Assembly: GCA_964016885.1 (NCBI GenBank)
Contig: OZ024766.1
Coordinates: 10,602,001 to 10,666,000, forward strand
Direction: 5' to 3'
Origin: Eledone cirrhosa
Lineage: Eukaryota
DNA length: 64,000 nt
The translations under genes were made by a program, and so were the position numbers. The first letter of the stretch is position 1. Every line of letters starts with the position of its first letter. Positions 43,066 to 56,500 of the stretch are shown one piece after another. The notes under the pieces are model-generated. The model made no database searches. It saw only the letters and a list, made by a program, of their open reading frames with translations, and had not been told where the DNA came from.

Positions 43066-44407
43066 TATAGATACACACATACCCATACGCACACACATAT
43101 CTACACACACATCTACACACAAACACACACCAAACAACACCAACACACTTACACCCAGACAACACAACACACACACAGATTTTACCTCAAACCGGAAATT
43201 ACTATGGAAGGACAGCAATGCCAACATTTTAGAAAAATCGACAGTTTTAAAATTACTTCAAACTCATTTCAGTGTCTTTCCATAACTTTACACTAGATTC
43301 TATTCCGAGCGATCGATAAATTGGTCGTTCTGTCATTCCGTCATACCGTCATTCTGTAGTTGTGTAGTTTTGTAGTTTTGTTTTAAATTTCTTATTATTC
43401 TTAATTCTAATTTTCTGCTGCTGCTGTTGGTTGTTGTGGTTGTTGTGGTTGTTGCTGTTATATAACGAGGTGGTGGTGGTGGTGTGGTGGTGTAGTAGTG
43501 GTAGTGGTGTAGTAGTGGTGGTAGTGTAGTAGTGGTGGTGGTCGTGTAGTAGTGGTGGTGATGGCGATGGTGGTGGTGGTGTAGTAGTGTGGTGGTGGGT
43601 GGTGGTGGTGGTGTAGTAGTGTTGTGGCGGTGGTGGTGGTGTAGTAGTGGTGGTGGTGGTGCTGGTGGATTGATGGTGGTGATGGTGGTGGTGTAGTGGT
43701 GTGAATGTGTTTGTTTTGTTGTTATTCCATTAATCAATTGTTGAGCCAAACTAACGTGTGTGTATATATACATTACCCGCCAGACAGTCCTATGCGAGCA
43801 AGACAACCACTCTTGCCTCAAGTGAGAAAACTCCCGTCCAAACCCATGCAAGCGTGGAACATGGACGTTAAACGATGATGATGATGATAATAATGATATA
43901 TATATATACATCCAGTCCTAAATAAATGAGGTTGTGTAGGTGTCACGACAAAAGAACACACAGTCCACGCTGTAATGTGGCCGTGTAGGTAACACGGTAA
44001 AAACCTCCCAGTCCCACACTGTAAACGTGGTTGGTGTTAGGAAGGGCATCCAGCCGTAGAAAACCCGCCAGACAGTCCACGCTGTAATGTGGCCGTGTAG
44101 GCAACACGGTAAACACCTCCCAGTTCCACACTGTAAACGTGGCTGGTGTTAGGAAGGGCATCCAGCCGTAGAAAACCCGCCAGACAGTCCACGCTGTAAT
44201 GTGGCCGTGTAGGTAACACGGTAAATACCTTCCAGTCCACACTGTAAATGTGGTTGGTGTTAGGAAGGGCATCCAGCCGTAGAAAACCCGCCAGACAGTC
44301 CTATACGAGCAAGTCAACCAATCTTGCCTCAAGTGGGAAAATTCCCGTCCAAACCCATGCTAGCGTGGAAGATGGACGTTAAATGATGATGATGATGATG
44401 ATGATGA

Positions 44408-44443
<36 letters not shown>

Positions 44444-44645
44444 ATAATAATAAAATTGAAGACTAAAATCCAGAGAGGGCTCGATAAGGAAAATATATAT
44501 CAAATATATAAGAACCGAAGAGCAAATATTTATTAAAATAACAGATTAAAGTTTAAGCAAAGAATCGCTGCTTTCACCCTTAACGGGATCTTCGTTGCAA
44601 CGTTTTTTGAAATATCCAGTTCTGCGTTTACAGATTGACTTTGTT

Positions 44646-44696
44646 AGTTTCAGAAGATCCCGTTAAGGGTGAAAGCAGCGATTCTTTGCTTAAACT
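44646..44696 (+). ncRNA. Hammerhead-like motif, family D, CAGAAGA core variant
   Basis: Same architecture, inside fold-back element 44440-44718. Confidence 0.55.
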
Positions 44697-44712
44697 TTAA
44701 TCTGTTATTTTA

Positions 44713-44747
<35 letters not shown>

Positions 44748-44772
44748 TCGATATATGTAATATATATATATA

Positions 44773-45358
44773 TGTAGTAGTAGTAGCAGTAGTAGTAGCA
44801 GTAGTGGTAGTAGTAGTAGTAGTAGTAGCAGTGGTAGTAGTAGTAGCAGTAGTAGTAATAGTAGTAGTAGTAGTAGTAATAACTGTAGTAGTAGCAGCAG
44901 TAATGGTAGCAGTAGTAGTAGTAGTAGTAGCAGCAACAGTAACAGTAGTAGTAGTAGTAGCAACAACAGCAGCAGTAGTAGTAGTAGTAGCAGCAACGAC
45001 AGCAGTAGTAGTAGTAGTAGTAGTAGCAGTAGTAGCAGTAGCAGTAGTAGTAATAGTAACAGTAGTAGTAGTAGTAGCAACAACAGCAGTAGTAGTAGTA
45101 GTAGCAGCAACGACAGCAGTAGTAGTAGTAGTAGTAGTAGTAGTAGCAGTAGTAGCAGTAGCAGTAGTAGTAATAGTAACAGTAGTAGTAGTAGTAGCAA
45201 CAACAGCAGCAGTAGTAGTAGTAGTAGTAGTAATAATAGTAGCAGTAGTAGTAGCAGTAATAGTAACAGTAGTAGTAGTAGTAGTAGCAACAACAGCAGC
45301 AGCATTAGCAGCAGCAGTAGTAGCAGCAGCAGCAGCAGTAGCAGTAGCAGCAGCAGTG
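44773..45358. repeat. (AGT/AGC)n trinucleotide array
   Basis: Direct inspection. Confidence 0.9.
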
Positions 45359-45518
45359 TCCGTTTCATATTATATTTATTATTGCGGTTGAACCAGTCGC
45401 CATTTTGTTCGATGTTAAAACTTGCCAGAATATTTGCCAGGAGATGAAAATAAACAATAAGCATCGTAATTCAAAGAGATTGACATGTATATATATATAT
45501 ATATATATATGTAGATAT

Positions 45519-45561
<43 letters not shown>

Positions 45562-45738
45562 TATATATAGATATGGATATATATATATATATTATATATA
45601 TATATATGTAGATATGGATATATATATATATTATATATATATATTATATATATATAAATGTAGATATGTATAAATATATATCTATCTATCTATATATATA
45701 TATATATATATATATACTTATATATATGTATGTAGATA

Positions 45739-45769
<31 letters not shown>

Positions 45770-45777
45770 GTATGTAG

Positions 45778-45813
<36 letters not shown>

Positions 45814-45815
45814 AC

Positions 45816-45881
<66 letters not shown>

Positions 45882-46091
45882 GATATGGATATATATATAT
45901 ATATAAATGTAGATATGGATATATATATATATAATGTAGATATGGATATATATATATATATATGTAGATATGTATATATATATATATATATATATGTAGA
46001 TATATACATATATACATATATATTAATATACATACATATATATATATGTATATAGTTTTGTCAAATATTACCGGTTTCTATATACACACAC

Positions 46092-46201
<110 letters not shown>

Positions 46202-46398
46202 CCATGTGCTGACTTGACAGAATTCATATTATGTAAATCTACGTATTGTGTCACAATTAATACAAAATCTTATACAACAATATAGCAACATATACACACA
46301 CACACACACATATATATATACATATATATATATATATATGTGTATATACATGTGTGTGTATATATATATATGTATATATTGATATATATATATATATG

Positions 46399-46430
<32 letters not shown>

Positions 46431-46712
46431 TATGTGTATATATTTATATATATATCTATATATATATATATGTGTATATATATATATATACATCCATAAT
46501 ATACATACATATATATATATATATACACATATATATATATACACCTATATATAATCTATTTGTTTTGAAGTAGTTAATTTTAGAGCGGATACGCAATATG
46601 AACAAAATTGGGGGCAAAAAGATTGCAGAGTGGATGGTGGTGTGTTGGTGTGGTGTGGGATAGGTAAGGGAAGGACAAGAGCGATGAGAAGATAGAATAT
46701 ATATATATGAAT

Positions 46713-46781
<69 letters not shown>

Positions 46782-46867
46782 CATATATATATATGTGCAT
46801 ATATATATATATATTTATATACATATATATATATATATATACATACATATATATATATGTGCATATA

Positions 46868-46925
<58 letters not shown>

Positions 46926-46944
46926 TATACATATATATATATAT

Positions 46945-46975
<31 letters not shown>

Positions 46976-47018
46976 CACATACATACATATATATATATAT
47001 GTATATATACATATATAT

Positions 47019-47057
<39 letters not shown>

Positions 47058-47112
47058 TATATATATATATATACACATACATATATATATATATATATAG
47101 TAATAATAATAT

Positions 47113-47215
<103 letters not shown>

Positions 47216-47216
47216 C

Positions 47217-47340
<124 letters not shown>

Positions 47341-47345
47341 GTATA

Positions 47346-47376
<31 letters not shown>

Positions 47377-47377
47377 G

Positions 47378-47409
<32 letters not shown>

Positions 47410-47530
47410 CATATGCAAACCGGAAACAATAACTTCACCGTCTTTATTAAAATATTTCAATATTGTGAGTGATTCGTTTCCAATTTTCAATTTATTGGCA
47501 TCATAAGGTGTCTGGGATTGGTGTAGTGGA

Positions 47531-50500
47531 GGGCGGGAGGTTTTGGTGGTGTGGTGGGTTGACAGCGAGGATGTAGGGTGGTGTAGGCTGACATGGTGTG
47601 AGCTTCTGTAGGGAGCAAGCAAGGGTGGGAGGTTTTGGTGGTGTGGTGGGTTGACAGCGAGGACGTAGGGTGGTGTAGGCTGACATGGTGTGAGCTTCTA
47701 TAGGGAGCAAGCAAGGGTGGGAGGTTTTGGTGGTGTGGTGGGTTGACAGCGAGGACGTAGGGTGGTGTAGGCTGACATGGTGTGAGCTTCTATAGGGAGC
47801 AAGCAAGGGTGGGAGGTTTTGGTGGTGTGGTGGGTTGACAGCGAGGACGTAGGGTAGTGTAGGCTGACATGGTGTGAGCTTCTGTAGGGAGCAAGCAAGG
47901 GTGGGAGGTTTTGGTGGTGTGGTGGGTTGACAGCGAGGATGTAGGGTGGTGTAGGCTGACATGGTGTGAGCTTCTGTAGGGAGCAAGCAAGGGTGGGAGG
48001 TTTTGGTGGTGTGGTGGGTTGACAGCGAGGACGTAGGGTGGTGTAGGCTGACATGGTGTGAGCTTCTGTAGGGAGCAAGCAAGGCTGGGAGGTTTTGGTG
48101 GTGTGGTGGGTTGACAGCGAGGACGTAGGGTAGTGTAGGCTGACATGGTGTGAGCTTCTGTAGGGAGCAAGCAAGGGTGGGAGGTTTTGGTGGTGTGGTG
48201 GGTTGACAGCGAGGATGTAGGGTGGTGTAGGCTGACATGGTGTGAGCTTCTATAGGGAGCAAGCAAGGGTGGGAGGTTTTGGTGGTGTGGTGGGTTGACA
48301 GCGAGGACGTAGGGTGGTGTAGGCTGACATGGTGTGAGCTTCTATAGGGAGCAAGCAAGGGTGGGAGGTTTTGGTGGTGTGGTGGGTTGACAGCGAGGAC
48401 GTAGGGTAGTGTAGGCTGACATGGTGTGAGCTTCTGTAGGGAGCAAGCAAGGGTGGGAGGTTTTGGTGGTGTGGTGGGTTGACAGCGAGGACGTAGGGTG
48501 GTGTAGGCTGACATGGTGTGAGCTTCTATAGGGAGCAAGCAAGGGTGGGAGGTTTTGGTGGTGTGGTGGGTTGACAGCGAGGACGTAGGGTGGTGTAGGC
48601 TGACATGGTGTGAGCTTCTGTAGGGAGCAAGCAAGGGTGGGAGGTTTTGGTGGTGTGGTGGGTTGACAGCAAGGACGTACAGTTGGTGTAGGCTGACATG
48701 GTGTGAGCTTCTGTAGGGAGCAAGCAAGGGTGGGAGGTTTTGGTGGTGTGGTGGGTTGACAGCGAGGACGTAGGGTAGTGTAGGCTGACATGGTGTGAGC
48801 TTCTGTAGGGAGCAAGCAAGGGTGGGAGGTTTTGGTGGTGTGGTGGGTGACAGCGAGGATGTAGGGTGGTGTAGGCTGACATGGTGTGAGCTTCTATAGG
48901 GAGCAAGCAAGGGTGGAGGTTTTGGTGGTGTGGTGGGTTGACAGCGAGGACGTAGGGTGGTGTAGGCTGACATGGTGTGAGCTTCTATAGGGAGCAAGCA
49001 AGGGTGGGAGGTTTTGGTGTGTGGTGGGTTGACAGCGAGGACGTAGGGTAGTGTAGGCTGACATGGTGTGAGCTTCTGTAGGGAGCAAGCAAGGGTGGAG
49101 GTTTTGGTGGTGTGGTGGGTTGACAGCGAGGACGTAGGGTGGTGTAGGCTGACATGGTGTGAGCTTCTATAGGGAGCAAGCAAGGGTGGGAGGTTTTGGT
49201 GGTGTAGGTGGGTTGACAGCGAGGACGTAGGGTGGTGTAGGCTGACATGGTGTGAGCTTCTGTAGGGAGCAAGCAAGGGTGGGAGGTTTTGGTGGTGTGG
49301 TGGGTTGACAGCAAGGACGTACAGTGGTGTAGGCTGACATGTGTGAGCTTCTGTAGGGAGCAAGCAAGGGTGGGAGGTTTTGGTGGTGTGGTGGGTTGAC
49401 AGCAAGGACGTACAGTGGTGTAGGCTGACATGGTGTGAGCTTCTGTAGGGAGCAAGCAAGGGTGGGAGGTTTTGGTGGTGTGGTGGGTTGACAGCAAGGA
49501 CGTACAGTGGTGTAGGCTGACATGGTGTGAGCTTCTGTAGGGAGCAAGCAAGGGTGGGAGGTTTTGGTGGTGTGGTGGGTTGACAGAGGACGTACGGTGG
49601 TGTAGGCTGACATGGTGTGAGACTCTGTAGGGAGCAAGCAAGGGTGGGAGGTTTTGGTGGTGTGGTGGGTTGACAGCGAGGATGTAGGGTGGTGTAGGCT
49701 GATAAGGTGTGAGACTCTGTAGGGAGCAAGCAAGGGTGGGAGGTTTTGGTGGTGTGGTGGGTTGACAGCGAGGATGTAGGGTGGTGTAGGCTGACATGGT
49801 GTGAGACTCTGTAGGGAGCAAGCAAGGGTGGGAGGTTTTGGTGGTGTGGTGGGTTGACAGCGAGGACGTGGGGTGGTGTAGGCTGACATGGTGTGAGCTT
49901 CTATAGGGAGCAAGCAAGGGTGGGAGGTTTTGGTGGTGTGGTGGGTTGACAGCGAGGACGTAGGGTGGTGTAGGCTGACATGGTGTGAGACTCTGTAGGG
50001 AGCAAGCAAGGGTGGGAGGTTTTGGTGGTGTGGTGGGTTGACAGAGGACGTAGGATGGTGTAGGCTGACATGGTGTGAGCTTCTGCAGGGAGCAAGCAAG
50101 GGTGGGAGGTTTTGGTGGTGTGGTGGGTTGACAGAGGACGTGGGGTGGTGTAGGCTGACATGGTGTGAGCTTCTGTAGGGAGCAAGCAAGGGTGGGAGGT
50201 TTTGGTGGTGTGGTGGGTTGACAGCGAGGACGTAGGGTGGTGTAGGCTGACATGGTGTGAGCTTCTATAGGGAGCAAGCAAGGGTGGGAGGTTTTGGTGG
50301 TGTGGTGGGTTGACAGCGAGGACGTGGGGTGGTGTAGGCTGACATGGTGTGAGCTTCTGTAGGGAGCAAGCAAGGGTGGGAGGTTTTGGTGGTGTGGTGG
50401 GTTGACAGCGAGGAGGTAGGGTGGTGTAGGCTGACATGGTGTGAGCTTCTGTAGGGAGCAAGCAAGGGTGGGAGGTTTTGGTGGTGTGGTGGGTTGACAG

Positions 50501-53500
50501 CGAGGACGTAGGGTGGTGTAGGCTGACATGGTGTGAGCTTCTGTAGGGAGCAAGCAAGGGTGGGAGGTTTTGGTGGTGTGGTGGGTTGACAGCGAGGAGG
50601 TAGGGTGGTGTAGGCTGACATGGTGTGAGCTTCTGTAGGGAGCAAGCAAGGGTGGGAGGTTTTGGTGGTGTGGTGGGTTGACAGCGAGGACGTAGGGTGG
50701 TGTAGGCTGACAAGGTGTGAGCTTCTATAGGGAGCAAGCAAGGGTGGGAGGTTTTGGTGGTGTGGTGGGTTGACAGCGAGGACGTAGGGTGGTGTAGGCT
50801 GACATGGTGTGAGCTTCTGTAGGGAGCAAGCAAGGGTGGGAGGTTTTGGTGGTGTGGTGGGTTGACAGCGAGGACGTAGGGTGGTGTAGGCTGACATGGT
50901 GTGAGCTTCTATAGGGAGCAAGCAAGGGTGGGAGGTTTTGGTGGTGTGGTGGGTTGACAGCGAGGACGTAGGGTGGTGTAGGCTGACATGGTGTGAGCTT
51001 CTGTAGGGAGCAAGCAAGGGTGGGAGGTTTTGGTGGTGTGGTGGGTTGACAGCAAGGACGTACAGTGGTGTAGGCTGACATGGTGTGAGCTTCTGTAGGG
51101 AGCAAGCAAGGGTGGGAGGTTTTGGTGGTGTGGTGGGTTGACAGCAAGGACGTACAGTGGTGTAGGCTGACATGGTGTGAGCTTCTGTAGGGAGCAAGCA
51201 AGGGTGGGAGGTTTTGGTGGTGTGGTGGGTTGACAGCAAGGACGTACAGTGGTGTAGGCTGACATGGTGTGAGCTTCTGTAGGGAGCAAGCAAGGGTGGG
51301 AGGTTTTGGTGGTGTGGTGGGTTGACAGAGGACGTACGGTGGTGTAGGCTGACATGGTGTGAGACTCTGTAGGGAGCAAGCAAGGGTGGGAGGTTTTGGT
51401 GGTGTGGTGGGTTGACAGCGAGGATGTAGGGTGGTGTAGGCTGATAAGGTGTGAGACTCTGTAGGGAGCAAGCAAGGGTGGGAGGTTTTGGTGGTGTGGT
51501 GGGTTGACAGCGAGGATGTAGGGTGGTGTAGGCTGACATGGTGTGAGACTCTGTAGGGAGCAAGCAAGGGTGGGAGGTTTTGGTGGTGTGGTGGGTTGAC
51601 AGCGAGGACGTGGGGTGGTGTAGGCTGACATGGTGTGAGCTTCTATAGGGAGCAAGCAAGGGTGGGAGGTTTTGGTGGTGTGGTGGGTTGACAGCGAGGA
51701 CGTAGGGTGGTGTAGGCTGACATGGTGTGAGACTCTGTAGGGAGCAAGCAAGGGTGGGAGGTTTTGGTGGTGTGGTGGGTTGACAGAGGACGTAGGATGG
51801 TGTAGGCTGACATGGTGTGAGCTTCTGCAGGGAGCAAGCAAGGGTGGGAGGTTTTGGTGGTGTGGTGGGTTGACAGAGGACGTGGGGTGGTGTAGGCTGA
51901 CATGGTGTGAGCTTCTGTAGGGAGCAAGCAAGGGTGGGAGGTTTTGGTGGTGTGGTGGGTTGACAGCGAGGACGTAGGGTGGTGTAGGCTGACATGGTGT
52001 GAGCTTCTATAGGGAGCAAGCAAGGGTGGGAGGTTTTGGTGGTGTGGTGGGTTGACAGCGAGGACGTGGGGTGGTGTAGGCTGACATGGTGTGAGCTTCT
52101 GTAGGGAGCAAGCAAGGGTGGGAGGTTTTGGTGGTGTGGTGGGTTGACAGCGAGGAGGTAGGGTGGTGTAGGCTGACATGGTGTGAGCTTCTGTAGGGAG
52201 CAAGCAAGGGTGGGAGGTTTTGGTGGTGTGGTGGGTTGACAGCGAGGACGTAGGGTGGTGTAGGCTGACATGGTGTGAGCTTCTGTAGGGAGCAAGCAAG
52301 GGTGGGAGGTTTTGGTGGTGTGGTGGGTTGACAGCGAGGAGGTAGGGTGGTGTAGGCTGACATGGTGTGAGCTTCTGTAGGGAGCAAGCAAGGGTGGGAG
52401 GTTTTGGTGGTGTGGTGGGTTGACAGCGAGGACGTAGGGTGGTGTAGGCTGACAAGGTGTGAGCTTCTATAGGGAGCAAGCAAGGGTGGGAGGTTTTGGT
52501 GGTGTGGTGGGTTGACAGCGAGGACGTAGGGTGGTGTAGGCTGACATGGTGTGAGCTTCTGTAGGGAGCAAGCAAGGGTGGGAGGTTTTGGTGGTGTGGT
52601 GGGTTGACAGCGAGGACGTAGGGTGGTGTAGGCTGACATGGTGTGAGCTTCTATAGGGAGCAAGCAAGGGTGGGAGGTTTTGGTGGTGTGGTGGGTTGAC
52701 AGCGAGGACGTGGGGTGGTGTAGGCTGACATGGTGTGAGCTTCTGTAGGGAGCAAGCAAGGGTGGGAGGTTTTGGTGGTGTGGTGGGTTGACAGCGAGGA
52801 CGTAGGGTGGTGTAGGCTGACATGGTGTGAGCTTCTGTAGGGAGCAAGCAAGGGCGGGAGGTTTTGGTGGTGTGGTGGGTTGACAGCGAGGATGTAGGGT
52901 GGTGTAGGCTGACATGGTGTGAGCTTCTGTAGGGAGCAAGCAAGGGTGGGAGGTTTTGGTGGTGTGGTGGGTTGACAGCGAGGATGTAGGGTGGTGTAGG
53001 CTGACATGGTGTGAGCTTCTGTAGGGAGCAAGCAAGGGTGGGAGGTTTTGGTGGTGTGGTGGGTTGACAGCGAGGATGTAGGGTGGTGTAGGCTGACATG
53101 GTGTGAGCTTCTATAGGGAGCAAGCAAGGGTGGGAGGTTTTGGTGGTGTGGTGGGTTGACAGCGAGGATGTAGGGTGGTGTAGGCTGACATGGTGTGAGC
53201 TTCTGTAGGGAGCAAGCAAGGGTGGGAGGTTTTGGTGGTGTGGTGGGTTGACAGCGAGGACGTAGGGTGGTGTAGGCTGACATGGTGTGAGCTTCTGTAG
53301 GGAGCAAGCAAGGGTGGGAGGTTTTGGTGGGGTGGTGGGTTGACAGAGAGGATGTAGGGTGGTGTAGGCTGACATGGTGTGAGCTTCTATAGGGAGCAAG
53401 CAAGGGTGGGAGGTTTTGGTGGTGTGGAGGGTTGACAGCGAGGATGTAGGGTGGTGTAGGCTGACATGGTGTGAGCTTCTATAGGGAGCAAGCAAGGGTG

Positions 53501-56500
53501 GGAGGTTTTGGTGGTGTGGTGGGTTGACAGAGGACGTGGGGTGGTGTAGGCTGACATGGTGTGAGCTTCTGTAGGGAGTAAGCAAGGGTGGGAGGTTTTG
53601 GTGGTGTGGTGGGTTGACAGCGAGGACGTAGGGTGGTGTAGGCTGACATGGTGTGAGCTTCTGTAGGGAGCAAGCAAGGGTGGGAGGTTTTGGTGGTGTG
53701 GTGGGTTGACAGCAAGGACGTACAGTGGTGTAGGCTGACATGGTGTGAGCTTCTGTAGGGAGCAAGCAAGGGTGGGAGGTTTTGGTGGTGTGGTGGGTTG
53801 ACAGCAAGGACGTACAGTGGTGTAGGCTGACATGGTGTGAGCTTCTGTAGGGAGCAAGCAAGGGTGGGAGGTTTTGGTGGTGTGGTGGGTTGACAGCAAG
53901 GACGTACAGTGGTGTAGGCTGACATGGTGTGAGCTTCTGTAGGGAGCAAGCAAGGGTGGGAGGTTTTGGTGGTGTGGTGGGTTGACAGAGGACGTACGGT
54001 GGTGTAGGCTGACATGGTGTGAGACTCTGTAGGGAGCAAGCAAGGGTGGGAGGTTTTGGTGGTGTGGTGGGTTGACAGCGAGGATGTAGGGTGGTGTAGG
54101 CTCATAAGGTGTGAGACTCTGTAGGGAGCAAGCAAGGGTGGGAGGTTTTGGTGGTGTGGTGGGTTGACAGCGAGGATGTAGGGTGGTGTAGGCTGACATG
54201 GTGTGAGACTCTGTAGGGAGCAAGCAAGGGTGGGAGGTTTTGGTGGTGTGGTGGGTTGACAGCGAGGACGTGGGGTGGTGTAGGCTGACATGGTGTGAGC
54301 TTCTATAGGGAGCAAGCAAGGGTGGGAGGTTTTGGTGGTGTGGTGGGTTGACAGCGAGGACGTAGGGTGGTGTAGGCTGACATGGTGTGAGACTCTGTAG
54401 GGAGCAAGCAAGGGTGGGAGGTTTTGGTGGTGTGGTGGGTTGACAGAGGACGTAGGATGGTGTAGGCTGACATGGTGTGAGCTTCTGTAGGGAGCAAGCA
54501 AGGGTGGGAGGTTTTGGTGGTGTGGTGGGTTGACATAGGACGTAGGGTGCTGTAGGCTGACATGGTGTGAGCTTCTGTAGGGAGCAAGCAAGGGTGGGAG
54601 GTTTTGGTGGTGTGGTGGGTTGACAGCGAGGACGTAGGGTAGTGTAGGCTGACATGGTGTGAGCTTCTGTAGGGAGCAAGCAAGGGTGGGAGGTTTTGGT
54701 GGTGTGGTGGGTTGACAGCGAGGATGTAGGGTGGTGTAGGCTGACATGGTGTGAGCTTCTATAGGGAGCAAGCAAGGGTGGGAGGTTTTGGTGGTGTGGT
54801 GGGTTGACAGCGAGGACGTAGGGTGGTGTAGGCTGACATGGTGTGAGCTTCTATAGGGAGCAAGCAAGGGTGGGAGGTTTTGGTGGTGTGGTGGGTTGAC
54901 AGCGAGGACGTAGGGTAGTGTAGGCTGACATGGTGTGAGCTTCTGTAGGGAGCAAGCAAGGGTGGGAGGTTTTGGTGGTGTGGTGGGTTGACAGCGAGGA
55001 CGTAGGGTGGTGTAGGCTGACATGGTGTGAGCTTCTATAGGGAGCAAGCAAGGGTGGGAGGTTTTGGTGGTGTGGTGGGTTGACAGCGAGGACGTAGGGT
55101 GGTGTAGGCTGACATGGTGTGAGCTTCTGTAGGGAGCAAGCAAGGGTGGGAGGTTTTGGTGGTGTGGTGGGTTGACAGCAAGGACGTACAGTGGTGTAGG
55201 CTGACATGGTGTGAGCTTCTGTAGGGAGCAAGCAAGGGTGGGAGGTTTTGGTGGTGTGGTGGGTTGACAGCAAGGACGTACAGTGGTGTAGGCTGACATG
55301 GTGTGAGCTTCTGTAGGGAGCAAGCAAGGGTGGGAGGTTTTGGTGGTGTGGTGGGTTGACAGCAAGGACGTACAGTGGTGTAGGCTGACATGGTGTGAGC
55401 TTCTGTAGGGAGCAAGCAAGGGTGGGAGGTTTTGGTGGTGTGGTGGGTTGACAGAGGACGTACGGTGGTGTAGGCTGACATGGTGTGAGACTCTGTAGGG
55501 AGCAAGCAAGGGTGGGAGGTTTTGGTGGTGTGGTGGGTTGACAGCGAGGATGTAGGGTGGTGTAGGCTGATAAGGTGTGAGACTCTGTAGGGAGCAAGCA
55601 AGGGTGGGAGGTTTTGGTGGTGTGGTGGGTTGACAGCGAGGATGTAGGGTGGTGTAGGCTGACATGGTGTGAGACTCTGTAGGGAGCAAGCAAGGGTGGG
55701 AGGTTTTGGTGGTGTGGTGGGTTGACAGCGAGGACGTGGGGTGGTGTAGGCTGACATGGTGTGAGCTTCTATAGGGAGCAAGCAAGGGTGGGAGGTTTTG
55801 GTGGTGTGGTGGGTTGACAGCGAGGACGTAGGGTGGTGTAGGCTGACATGGTGTGAGACTCTGTAGGGAGCAAGCAAGGGTGGGAGGTTTTGGTGGTGTG
55901 GTGGGTTGACAGAGGACGTAGGATGGTGTAGGCTGACATGGTGTGAGCTTCTGCAGGGAGCAAGCAAGGGTGGGAGGTTTTGGTGGTGTGGTGGGTTGAC
56001 AGAGGACGTGGGGTGGTGTAGGCTGACATGGTGTGAGCTTCTGTAGGGAGCAAGCAAGGGTGGGAGGTTTTGGTGGTGTGGTGGGTTGACAGCGAGGACG
56101 TGGGGTGGTGTAGGCTGACATGGTGTGAGCTTCTGTAGGGAGCAAGCAAGGGTGGGAGGTTTTGGTGGTGTGGTGGGTTGACAGCGAGGAGGTAGGGTGG
56201 TGTAGGCTGACATGGTGTGAGCTTCTGTAGCGAGCAAGCAAGGGTGGGAGGTTTTGGTGGTGTGGTGGGTTGACAGCGAGGAGGTAGGGTGGTGTAGGCT
56301 GACATGGTGTGAGCTTCTGTAGGGAGCAAGCAAGGGTGGGAGGTTTTGGTGGTGTGGTGGGTTGACAGCGAGGACGTAGGGTGGTGTAGGCTGACATGGT
56401 GTGAGCTTCTGTAGGGAGCAAGCAAGGGTGGGAGGTTTTGGTGGTGTGGTGGGTTGACAGCGAGGAGGTAGGGTGGTGTAGGCTGACATGGTGTGAGCTT

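Noticed and set aside
47555-47720. HDV-like ribozyme in the satellite (minus-strand TCCTCGC)
   Set aside because: No P3 or P1 pairing could be built around the motif.
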